A DNA stretch of 64,000 nt, taken from assembly GCA_024279685.1 (NCBI GenBank), contig JAJRRI010000035.1:3081-67080 (forward strand), read 5' to 3'. Position 1 is the first letter of the stretch; the number at the start of each line of letters is the position of its first letter. The notes under the pieces were generated by a model. That model saw only the letters and a list, made by a program, of their open reading frames with translations. It ran no database searches and was not told the origin of the DNA. The position numbers and the translations under genes were made by a program. The stretch is from Verrucomicrobiota bacterium (lineage in GTDB: Bacteria > Verrucomicrobiota > Kiritimatiellia > Kiritimatiellales > Pontiellaceae). Positions 19,812-28,142 of this stretch are shown one piece after another.

Positions 19812-21492
19812 TTTTATCCCCATCGTCCAGCTCCCAGAAATTGAAAAAATTATACCACTGCAACGGAGCTTTCAGCGCATAATAATTAAGACGTTCGGCA
19901 TAGGCCTGAACGATTTCGGCCAGCGCTTCCATGCGCCGGCTCCGGTCGAGTGTCATTGATTCTCGGAACGGTTCCACATAGAGCTCAAAGTGCGGTTTGT
20001 ATTTTGTTCCGCCGCGCAGCCCGAAACATAGAAAGGTCGGCACATTCAATACCGAAGCGAGAATGAAGGCCCCTTGCGGAAAGGGCGCTGGACGACCCAG
20101 GAAGTCGGCATACACGACGCGCTTCTCTTTCGAGACCGAGGTGCGATCGCCCATGATGACCACCATCTCACCTTGGTCGAGCTTCTCCTTCAAGTTCATC
20201 GCCACCTCGGGCCGCATATCCTTTACCTGAATCAGGTTCAGGCCGGAAGCCGGATTAACCGCTCTCATGACGGCATTGAACCGCGCCGCATTTTCGGTAA
20301 AAATTAACGCATTAATTTTTAGCTCTGGACACTGGATGCTTAACGCTCGAAACAGCTCAAGATTTCCCAGATGGGCGCCTAGTACGACCACGCCCTGTTT
20401 TTTTTCGAGGTAAGGGGCATACGTATCTAATCCGTGGAGGGTCACATTTTCCATCGTCCAATCCCCGCGCCAGCCTGCAATCTTATCCAGCATGGAGCGG
20501 CCAAACGAAAGAAAGTGCCGGAAGGGAGTCAAGTTTTGCGGCAAGGGTTTTTGGTGCGCCGCCGCATATGTTTTGAGCTGATTTAGGTATTCGTTGGAGG
20601 CGGATCGGGCCTGCTTGCGGGTGGCGTGATAGTACACCATGACCAGACTCATTAAGGCTTCGAACACGCGTATTCCGAAGATGGAGTAGGCGGCTAATAA
20701 GGTCTTCATGCCCAGAACACTTCCTTTTTCCGTGTACGCTGACCAGTGGATATTTCGCTGAAAATTACGAATTAGGAGCTTGGGGATACGGGGCAACATG
20801 CCAAAAAATAGGCGCGTGTGCATGAGGCTAATTCGGACGTTATCGCGCCGCACGTCAAAATGAGAAATACCGTTTTCGGGATAGATGACGCCCACGTCAA
20901 GAAAGCGGACTCCACACCCCGCCCAGTATATATGCACCATAATTTCCGTATCAAAATCCATGCGTTGGCCGGGCGCCTTCCGCTCTATCGTCGCCAGGGT
21001 TTCAGGTAGGGGATACGCTCGGAAGCCGCACATGCTGTCGGTAATGTGCAACGAGAGCGTTTCAATCCAAACCCAGATATGAGTGATGTATCGACCATAG
21101 TGCCGCGCTTTCGGGATAGACTCATCGTAGCGCGGCTTGCCTGAAATTAAGTCCGTGGGATATTTCTGGGATAGCCGGAGTAATTCGGGAAGTGCCTCCA
21201 GATCGTGCTGGCCGTCGGCATCCACCTGAATACCATGGCTAAACCCACGTTCGGCGGCGCGGCGGAAACCGGCCATGACGGCGGCTCCCTTGCCGTTGTT
21301 TTTCGGAAGCGTGAGAATTTCAATCCCATCCCGATGACGCTCCTCGGACAAGAGGCGGGCGGTTTCTGGGCCACTGCCATCATCAATAATCAGCACGGGA
21401 AGCCCCACCGATTCCAGCGCATCCAGCAGAGCGGGGATCGTTTCCCCATGGTCATAGCAGGGAATCAAAATCACTGGGCGGTACGCATTCAT
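19804..21492 (-). CDS. apeJ: Glycosyltransferase family 2 fused to LpxL-like acyltransferase (ApeJ)
   Basis: GT2 motifs IPCYDH, DDGS, KGAAV, QVDADGQH, DSMCGFR. C-terminal AHLGNLE and MGDR acyltransferase motifs. Confidence 0.9.
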   Translation of the reverse strand: MNAYRPVILIPCYDHGETIPALLDALESVGLPVLIIDDGSGPETARLLSEERHRDGIEILTLPKNNGKGAAVMAGFRRAAERGFSHGIQVDADGQHDLEALPELLRLSQKYPTDLISGKPRYDESIPKARHYGRYITHIWVWIETLSLHITDSMCGFRAYPLPETLATIERKAPGQRMDFDTEIMVHIYWAGCGVRFLDVGVIYPENGISHFDVRRDNVRISLMHTRLFFGMLPRIPKLLIRNFQRNIHWSAYTEKGSVLGMKTLLAAYSIFGIRVFEALMSLVMVYYHATRKQARSASNEYLNQLKTYAAAHQKPLPQNLTPFRHFLSFGRSMLDKIAGWRGDWTMENVTLHGLDTYAPYLEKKQGVVVLGAHLGNLELFRALSIQCPELKINALIFTENAARFNAVMRAVNPASGLNLIQVKDMRPEVAMNLKEKLDQGEMVVIMGDRTSVSKEKRVVYADFLGRPAPFPQGAFILASVLNVPTFLCFGLRGGTKYKPHFELYVEPFRESMTLDRSRRMEALAEIVQAYAERLNYYALKAPLQWYNFFNFWELDDGDKNE

Positions 21493-23246
21493 TCTGGGGG
21501 CGCCAAAAGAATCCGGCCGGAGGAATGTTTTCCCGCCTCGGAGCAGTAGGCAAATTTTAACTTTTGCTTTTCAGCGTCCCACTGGAGCGTTAACTCAACG
21601 AGATTGCCGGGGGTGATCGGCTTGAAAAATTTAATCACTTCCATCCCTTTAAAAATCGGCGGTGTGTCTAGAAACTCTCGTCCATACTCCACCGCCCAAT
21701 CGATCTGGGTGACGCCGGGCAAAAGTTGAAACTGGGTAAAATGGCCCTCGAAGTAAGTGATATCGGCATCGATTCGCAGGGTTAATCGAATTTGACTTTC
21801 ATCCGCCTCCTGAGCAAGAAGGGTGGGTTTAAGTTTTAGGGGGTTCTTTTCGTTCGTTGAAGTTGAAGGCGGTTGATCGAGGAAGAGACGTTTGAGTTCA
21901 GCCAGGCTATGCTTGCCTTGTGGATTGAGCGGAATGTGATCCACCACCCGATACCGACGTGGAATTCCAACCGGATCCACACTTCGGCGCAGTTCCGTTC
22001 GCAATAAAATCCAGAACCGCCCGCGCCCTAGCTCTTTAATTTTTTGGTGGCCCGCTTCGCTCAGCACGATTATCGCGCATACGGCTTGGCGGTTACTTTG
22101 TTCCAAGGAAACAGCGACGGCCTCCGAAATCCATTTTAACGCTTGAACATGATGCTCGACCTCCGTGAGGGAGATTCGTTTTTCCTCAATCTTTACAATC
22201 CGGTCGGAGCGCCCCTCCAAAAGGAACGTTCGTTCCGAAAGTGGACGGCAACGGTCGGCGGTTTCCATCCACTCATCTCCCGGAATAAATGGGGATCGCA
22301 GGCAAAGGTTTCCTGCGGTATTGCACTTCATTTTAATCGGCGGAAATAGGGACCAGGGTATCTGGGCGGTGGTGGCTCGGCGAAAGGCAATGCCGCCGGT
22401 TTCTGTACTGCCGAACACTTCAATCGGGGTGGTTTTCAGTAAATTCTCACCCTGTTGTGATACTGAAAATGGAAGAGCTCCGCCCGAAGAAAAAACCGCC
22501 CGAAATGGGGTGGGGGATCCGGTGGGGTCTAATCTTTTCAGCAGTGCGGGACTGCTGATGAGCGTACTATTTTCGCCCCCATGATCCATCACTTGCTCCG
22601 GGTGTTCTCGAATCCGGCGCTCGAACGGGCGGGAGGCACAGAGCGGCCAGAGGATGCGAAAGAGTAAGCCGTAGATATGCTGGTGAGAAACGGTTCCTGC
22701 CAAGCACGTACCGGCTAGCACATCCCCCCAGAGGGTTTCCAGAACCTGGATCTCTGCGTCGAGCAACGCCAAAGGTTTTTGAATAGGCGTCGGGGTTCCG
22801 GTGGAACCGGAGGTATATAAAGTAAGGATGATCTGGTTGAGATCTAAGGCTTGGAAAGGAAGAGGTATGGGCGGATGTTCCTTCTTCAATGGAAGCGAGA
22901 TGTGGGCTTCTGTGATGGAGTGCACAAACTCGGCCGATAACGGGCCGTCCTCTAGGAGGCCCTCGAACCCGCCCGAAATTTCTTTCAACGCATTGGGCTG
23001 AAGGTTGCCCGGCAAAATCAGTTCGCAATTTGCGTGAGCTGTGGCTAAAAATGCGACTGCAAAATGATAACTATCCCGTAGGCAAAGGGCCCATCGCTGG
23101 CAGGGGCTTTCGCGGAGTACGGCGGCGAGTACCGCAACGTCTTTTCTAAATTGGACTACACCGACGTCGCCAAAAAGTCCGGACACCACGAGTTGATCGT
23201 CCGACCGCCGCATCATCAATTCCGAGAGTGAATGGAGACCGGTCAT
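21489..23246 (-). CDS. apeH: Acyl-ACP/CoA synthetase (ApeH) fused to C-terminal FabA/Z-like dehydratase (ApeI)
   Basis: YTSGSTGTP, HQHIYGL, EVFGSTETGG, GRSDRIVKIEEKR. The last ~114 aa contain YFEGHF..LPGVTQIDW and EVIKFFKPI. Confidence 0.88.
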   Translation of the reverse strand: MTGLHSLSELMMRRSDDQLVVSGLFGDVGVVQFRKDVAVLAAVLRESPCQRWALCLRDSYHFAVAFLATAHANCELILPGNLQPNALKEISGGFEGLLEDGPLSAEFVHSITEAHISLPLKKEHPPIPLPFQALDLNQIILTLYTSGSTGTPTPIQKPLALLDAEIQVLETLWGDVLAGTCLAGTVSHQHIYGLLFRILWPLCASRPFERRIREHPEQVMDHGGENSTLISSPALLKRLDPTGSPTPFRAVFSSGGALPFSVSQQGENLLKTTPIEVFGSTETGGIAFRRATTAQIPWSLFPPIKMKCNTAGNLCLRSPFIPGDEWMETADRCRPLSERTFLLEGRSDRIVKIEEKRISLTEVEHHVQALKWISEAVAVSLEQSNRQAVCAIIVLSEAGHQKIKELGRGRFWILLRTELRRSVDPVGIPRRYRVVDHIPLNPQGKHSLAELKRLFLDQPPSTSTNEKNPLKLKPTLLAQEADESQIRLTLRIDADITYFEGHFTQFQLLPGVTQIDWAVEYGREFLDTPPIFKGMEVIKFFKPITPGNLVELTLQWDAEKQKLKFAYCSEAGKHSSGRILLAPPE

Positions 23247-23248
23247 CT

Positions 23249-23830
23249 TTAATTCGGCAACGGGGGTTTAGGTTCAAATTTTTGCTGAATGCGCTGGCGG
23301 ATGAGGAATTCAACGAGGAACAGATTCCCCATCAGTAGATAACTAATCAATCCATTATATAGGGTCCATACTTCCAACGATTGAAAGCAGGTGATGAGCG
23401 CGATGCTTCCGTTGAGGATGAAAAATAGACACCAGATTTGGGTGACGGTGCGCGTGTAGCGAACTCCACTTTCCGGCAGGTCGGGGTTTTTGAGGCGGGC
23501 AAAACGCTCAATCATCGATTGCTGCTGAAAAAGACTACTGCCAAATAGCGTGAGCATCAGGAGATTGACGACAACGGGATAATATAAAAACCAGCCGGTT
23601 TGCTTGAAGAGGAGACTGAATAGAACCAAGATTAAACCGGCTCCGGCGCTACTCATTGCAATCGGTTTAAGTCCTTTGATTTGTATGGCGCGGCCGCCGG
23701 CGAGGCGTAGGATAAACAAAATCGTGAGCAGACCTGCAACACCCCTGATTCCCCAGCGGCTCAATCCAAAATAAACCATCACCGGATAGGCGAGTAAGGC
23801 CAGCGTGGATAGAAGCATCAGCCCGCGCAT
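23249..23830 (-). CDS. apeG: Integral membrane protein COG4648-like (ApeG)
   Basis: AYPVMVYFGL, YYPVVVN, SMIERFAR, YTRTVTQIW, WTLYNGLISY. Confidence 0.85.
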   Translation of the reverse strand: MRGLMLLSTLALLAYPVMVYFGLSRWGIRGVAGLLTILFILRLAGGRAIQIKGLKPIAMSSAGAGLILVLFSLLFKQTGWFLYYPVVVNLLMLTLFGSSLFQQQSMIERFARLKNPDLPESGVRYTRTVTQIWCLFFILNGSIALITCFQSLEVWTLYNGLISYLLMGNLFLVEFLIRQRIQQKFEPKPPLPN

Positions 23831-24078
23831 TATTCAGCTTTTAAGAGGTTTGCCACCGCATCAACGACATCATTCACGGTCCGGATTTGCTTAAACTCTT
23901 CCGGCTGAATTTTTCGGTGCGTCAGGGTTTGAAGTTTAACGACCAGATCCACCGCATCAATGCTGTCCATATCAAGTTCATCAAATAGCCCCGTTTCTGG
24001 CTGGACCTGATTGGCATCCAACTCGGTCAGTTCCATAAGAACCTCTTGCACTTGGCTAAAAATTTCGTCCCGATTCAT
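23830..24078 (-). CDS. apeF: Acyl carrier protein (ApeF)
   Basis: LDMDSIDAVDL phosphopantetheine site, acidic 82-aa protein. Confidence 0.92.
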   Translation of the reverse strand: MNRDEIFSQVQEVLMELTELDANQVQPETGLFDELDMDSIDAVDLVVKLQTLTHRKIQPEEFKQIRTVNDVVDAVANLLKAE

Positions 24079-24113
24079 TCGTATTCCCCTTGAAAAATTC
24101 CTTTTAAACCGAG

Positions 24114-24374
24114 CTATTCAGCCTGATGGCTCGCGATATAGGCCGCCAGATTAGCTACCGATTCAAAGTGCTCTCGAATCTTCGGATCATCGGAGTCAAT
24201 GATGATATTGTACTGCTTCTTGATGGCCAGTCCCAGCTCTAGTGCATCGATCGAGTCCAGCCCCAACCCTTCGCCGAAGAGCGGCTCGGATGCGACAATA
24301 TCATCGGCCGTGATATCCTCTAGATTCAACGAATTTATAATTAGTTCTTTTACTTCAGTGTGTAATGCATCCAC
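24114..24374 (-). CDS. apeE: Acyl carrier protein (ApeE)
   Basis: PLFGEGLGLDSIDALELG. Confidence 0.92.
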   Translation of the reverse strand: MDALHTEVKELIINSLNLEDITADDIVASEPLFGEGLGLDSIDALELGLAIKKQYNIIIDSDDPKIREHFESVANLAAYIASHQAE

Positions 24375-24380
24375 AAGATT

Positions 24381-25172
24381 TCACCTTTCTGTTTCGTTTG
24401 TTTTTTCTTCTTCTGGAAAGAGCACTTCGGCTAAATGCAGGTTTAGATGGCGGGCGGCGGCATTGACTGAGCTCGCATTGGAGAGAAAGGGTTCGACCTC
24501 GATCAGCTCCTTTACCTCCACTCTAAAAACCGGTTTGACGTCCGGCATGTTGTACCATTTATGCTCTTTGGTTAAAAAACTGGGGTTCACCGTAACATGA
24601 ACCAGACGCAGGGCGACCTTTGAATGCGTTGTAATCTGTGCCGCACCACGCATCAAGGTCGACGGTTTTCCGGGCGTGGTTCGCGTTCCTTCGGGGAAAA
24701 TCAGGAGGACACGACCTTGGTGTAACCGCGTCACGCACTCGTCCACGAATTGGGAAGCATCTGCGTTGGAAATGTAGCCTGCCGTCTTGACGAGCCCCTT
24801 CATGCAGGGATTTTTAAAAATCGCCGGTTTCACGATGCAGTCGCACTGCGGCAGACTGGATGCAATCATCACATAGTCGATCAGGCTGGGATGGTTGGCC
24901 ACGATCAGGCATCCGCGGTCGCTCCTAAGGGTGTCCATCCCAACCCGCTCAATGTCAGCCACACCGATCCTTTGGATCATCCATAGGAATAAATTAAAGG
25001 TTCGTTGAATAAGGGCCTGCGCGCGGCGTTGTTTGACCCATGGATCGCGCTCAAAAATTCCGAGAATTGGAAAGCACACAAAGGAGAGAAACACGCCTCC
25101 GATCCCGAAGCAGGCAAAACTGATCCCTGTACCGAAAATCCGCCTATATCGTCTAAGTCGACTTAGGATCAT
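24381..25172 (-). CDS. apeD: Lysophospholipid acyltransferase, PlsC-like (ApeD)
   Basis: NHPSLID and FPEGTRT motifs, RGAAQI. Confidence 0.9.
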   Translation of the reverse strand: MILSRLRRYRRIFGTGISFACFGIGGVFLSFVCFPILGIFERDPWVKQRRAQALIQRTFNLFLWMIQRIGVADIERVGMDTLRSDRGCLIVANHPSLIDYVMIASSLPQCDCIVKPAIFKNPCMKGLVKTAGYISNADASQFVDECVTRLHQGRVLLIFPEGTRTTPGKPSTLMRGAAQITTHSKVALRLVHVTVNPSFLTKEHKWYNMPDVKPVFRVEVKELIEVEPFLSNASSVNAAARHLNLHLAEVLFPEEEKTNETER

Positions 25173-25175
25173 AGG

Positions 25176-25880
25176 TTACGCCAAGTTCAGGGTCATGTTG
25201 GCCCTGGGGCACCCTTGTTCGTCGGTCTCATGAAGAAGCTGGACGATAAGATCTAATGCCGCAGAAGACGTTTCTTTTTCGAAATTCAGAATCACCTCTA
25301 CCTGATCGCCCCCCGTTAACAGCAACCCGAGTGCATAGCCTGGGTGTGACGTTTTTATCAGCGTGTTATACGGCTCAGGCAGCGGTTCATCAAAGTCGAC
25401 CAGTAAGATGCGGTGGCCGGGATGCAGTGCCAGATAGACTCCCGCTTCGGTCAATGCCGCCGCAAGCGACTTCGATCCGGCTCCGATCGAAGTCACCGGA
25501 ACCGGCTTTTGGCTGATAATCGTATAATGACTGGCGGCGGTATTATGCACCGATTGGGAAAACATCGTGGGCGATGCATCTTCCCCGATTAGGATCTCTT
25601 TCAGCAGGGCGGTCGTTCGGGTGAGCTCGCCGTGTCGGCTGGAAAAAATGATGTAATCCAGCTCTTCACCTTGGGTGAGCATCAGCGCATTCTGCACCGC
25701 AAGTTTACTTAGGGAGCTCATGCGGCGGCGTACCATCGCCGGGATTCGATCGGTCAGCAGTTGGCCCTCAACTCCATCCCACGAACATCCATTCTCTGCC
25801 CAACCCTGCCAGGCGAACCGTTCAGAAAGTCCGGCGGAAAGCGCCTGCCACTTGATTAAATTGAAACTTACATTGCTCAT
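25176..25880 (-). CDS. apeC: Ketosynthase chain-length factor (ApeC)
   Basis: RRRMSSLSK, FSSRHGE, SPTMFSQSVHN, with no catalytic Cys. First gene of the minus-strand operon. Confidence 0.88.
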   Translation of the reverse strand: MSNVSFNLIKWQALSAGLSERFAWQGWAENGCSWDGVEGQLLTDRIPAMVRRRMSSLSKLAVQNALMLTQGEELDYIIFSSRHGELTRTTALLKEILIGEDASPTMFSQSVHNTAASHYTIISQKPVPVTSIGAGSKSLAAALTEAGVYLALHPGHRILLVDFDEPLPEPYNTLIKTSHPGYALGLLLTGGDQVEVILNFEKETSSAALDLIVQLLHETDEQGCPRANMTLNLA

Positions 25881-25993
25881 TTAAATAGATTATATAATTC
25901 AACCGTCCTATGATCTATCGCTAAACGAGAATAGTTTGGGGCAGGAAAAAAGTAGGCCAACGGCGGCCTACCACCCTTTTCAGGAATCAGGAT

Positions 25994-27061
25994 ATGACAT
26001 CGTACGAGAAAGAACCTTTTAATGCGTTTCAGGCTAAGGAAGAAGCCCAGAAGCTCGCCTTTGCTCCTATCCTTTTTCACTGCGCGAGAACCCTACGGGA
26101 TTTAGGAATCCTCGCGGCGCTCGACCGCGCTGGAGATCCTGGACTGGATGCGACAACACTGGCCAAAGAAACCGGAGTCAGCGAATATGGCGTGAAGGTC
26201 TTGTTGGATATGGCACTCAGTGGAAGCATCGTAACCTGGGTCGCCCCACGCTATAAACTAGCCAATCTCGGCCACTTTCTCGAACATGATGGCATGACTC
26301 GAGCCAATATGGATTTCTCGGCTGACGTCTGTTATGCCGCCATGATGCATCTCACCGAAGCCATCCAAACCGGAACACCCGCCGGACTGAAAGAGCTGGG
26401 CGACTGGGCAACCATCTACGAAGGACTCACACAGTTGCCGCAGAAAGCGAAAGAGAGTTGGTTCAATTTTGACCACTTCTATTCCGATCGTTCCTTTCCG
26501 ATTCTTCTCGAACGCATCTTTACAGAAAAACCGGCGAAAATTTATGACATTGGCGGAAATACGGGGAAATGGGCCATGCAGTGCTGCGAGTATGATCCCG
26601 ATGTGGAAGTCACCATCATTGATCTTCCACCGCAAATTAATATGGCCATGGAAAATGCAAAAGAGACCGGGCTTGAAGATCGGATTAAGGGATATCCGGC
26701 CAATATGCTCGTTCCCAAGCAACTCCTCCCCGACGAGGCCGACATTTGGTGGATGAGCCAGTTTCTTGATTGTTTTTCACCGATGGAGATTCTGGCGATT
26801 TTAAAAAATGTGCGGGCGTCGATGAAACAGGGGGCTAGGGTATTCATTCTTGAACTCTTCTGGGATATTCAGCAGTACGATGCCGCTGCGCTCAGCCTGA
26901 ATGCCACCTCGCTCTACTTCACCTGTCTGGCCAATGGAAATAGCCGATTTTATCGATGCGACGATTTTCTGGAAATCGTTAAGGAGGCCGGCTTCCAGGT
27001 GACCGAGCAGACGAACGAGATCGGATTGGGACATACCTTATTGGAGCTGGCTACGAGGTGA
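25994..27061 (+). CDS. apeB: SAM-dependent O-methyltransferase (ApeB-like), divergent from the APE operon
   Basis: AQKLAFAP N-terminus, DIGGNTGKW SAM motif, WMSQFLDCFS, LYFTCLANGNS. Confidence 0.88.
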   Translation: MTSYEKEPFNAFQAKEEAQKLAFAPILFHCARTLRDLGILAALDRAGDPGLDATTLAKETGVSEYGVKVLLDMALSGSIVTWVAPRYKLANLGHFLEHDGMTRANMDFSADVCYAAMMHLTEAIQTGTPAGLKELGDWATIYEGLTQLPQKAKESWFNFDHFYSDRSFPILLERIFTEKPAKIYDIGGNTGKWAMQCCEYDPDVEVTIIDLPPQINMAMENAKETGLEDRIKGYPANMLVPKQLLPDEADIWWMSQFLDCFSPMEILAILKNVRASMKQGARVFILELFWDIQQYDAAALSLNATSLYFTCLANGNSRFYRCDDFLEIVKEAGFQVTEQTNEIGLGHTLLELATR

Positions 27062-27097
27062 TTGGTGTCACGTTAAAATGACCCCATTCTTTTTGTT

Positions 27098-27682
27098 ATG
27101 AAAACATCTATAGCCGCACTTTTACTCTTTATATCCTTACTCTCCGTCCTCCAAGCGGAGACCGACGACCCGCTTCCGGAACCCCACTTTGCTCTTATTA
27201 CGGGCGGAGGTTCATCCATCAAGGGGTTCGGCGAGACCGATCAAATTGTCTACACCGCCGATGTTATGTGGCGCTATGCTAAGCCGCTATTTTCAGTCGA
27301 TAAAAAGTGGATAAAGGGCACGCACCACATGTGGATTGAGACCCCCGTCTCCATACTCATTCATGATTCCGATTCGAACGATACATTCGATCTAGGAATC
27401 ATCGGCGTGAATTTCTTAGCCGTCTGGGTATTTCCAGAATGGAAAGGGATGAGCCCCTACCTGCTGGCCGGAGGCGGCCCGCGCTATATAATCGCCGATA
27501 TTGAGGGGATGGGATCCGATATGTCCGGCAACTACCAACTCGGCGCGGGCGCCTTTCTGTTCAACGAAAGCGATCACCCGTTGAGCCTTGAAATTCGCTA
27601 TGACCACATTTCAAATGGCGATCGGGCCGACCCCAACGTCCCTTTAAATTCAGTAAAAATCCTTCTCGGTATCCGCCTGTAA
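27098..27682 (+). CDS. Acyloxyacyl hydrolase / PagL-like outer-membrane beta-barrel deacylase
   Basis: Signal peptide, alternating beta-strand pattern, NYQLGAGA and the catalytic-type YDHISNG..PN..LNS motif near the C-terminus. Confidence 0.75.
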   Translation: MKTSIAALLLFISLLSVLQAETDDPLPEPHFALITGGGSSIKGFGETDQIVYTADVMWRYAKPLFSVDKKWIKGTHHMWIETPVSILIHDSDSNDTFDLGIIGVNFLAVWVFPEWKGMSPYLLAGGGPRYIIADIEGMGSDMSGNYQLGAGAFLFNESDHPLSLEIRYDHISNGDRADPNVPLNSVKILLGIRL

Positions 27683-27707
27683 CTTCAATTTTTTAGAAGT
27701 AAAAACC

Positions 27708-27965
27708 GGCTCTTCGAATATTCTTATGGTGAGAGCTCCAGCGTTCCGCAAAAGAACAGGATGCTCACACGATAGTTTTCAAAGCTCTGGAACTCTCGGG
27801 CATGATCCTTCATCGCCTGGATTTTTGAGAGCACTTCAGTTTGCCTCGTTCCGATACTCTTTTTGCTTTGTTTGGGATGATAGAGAAAAGGGTCATAGCC
27901 GCTTCGCTGCCGTCGCGTTGCGCCAGCCTCACTTCATATCTGGCATGAGGCTCTTCGTTTTCCAG
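27708..27965 (-). mobile_element. ISL3-family transposase C-terminal remnant with terminal inverted repeat
   Basis: Minus frame ending TAA at 27724-27726 reads ..SKIQAMKDHAREFQSFENYRVSILFFCGTLELSP*, matching the ISL3 C-terminal pattern SKIQ.IK..ARGF.SFENYR..ILFFCG.L.L.P. GGCTCTTCG at 27708 is an ISL3-type end. Upstream sequence is degenerate, with a stop and a frameshift. Confidence 0.72.
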
Positions 27966-28142
27966 TTTTAGAGAGGGTTTAATTTGAAGTATATCCTTAT
28001 AGAATTCGATTGAGATAATGTAAATTTTATCTTGTGAGAGGGCGCTGATCAGTGTATTTATGAAGGATATTCAGTGGGAAAGGATTCTCATCTGATAATT
28101 CAGGTTAAACGTTTAGTTAACTTAAGTATGGAGGAGGCAGTG

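Noticed and set aside
25952-25971. GTAGGCC-N6-GGCCTAC hairpin upstream of apeB, superficially REP-like
   Set aside because: The stem is only 7 bp and unrelated to the 4903-4976 element. Too short to call.
27726-27971. 81-aa plus-strand ORF in the track
   Set aside because: It is the antisense of the ISL3 transposase remnant. The meaningful frame is on the minus strand.
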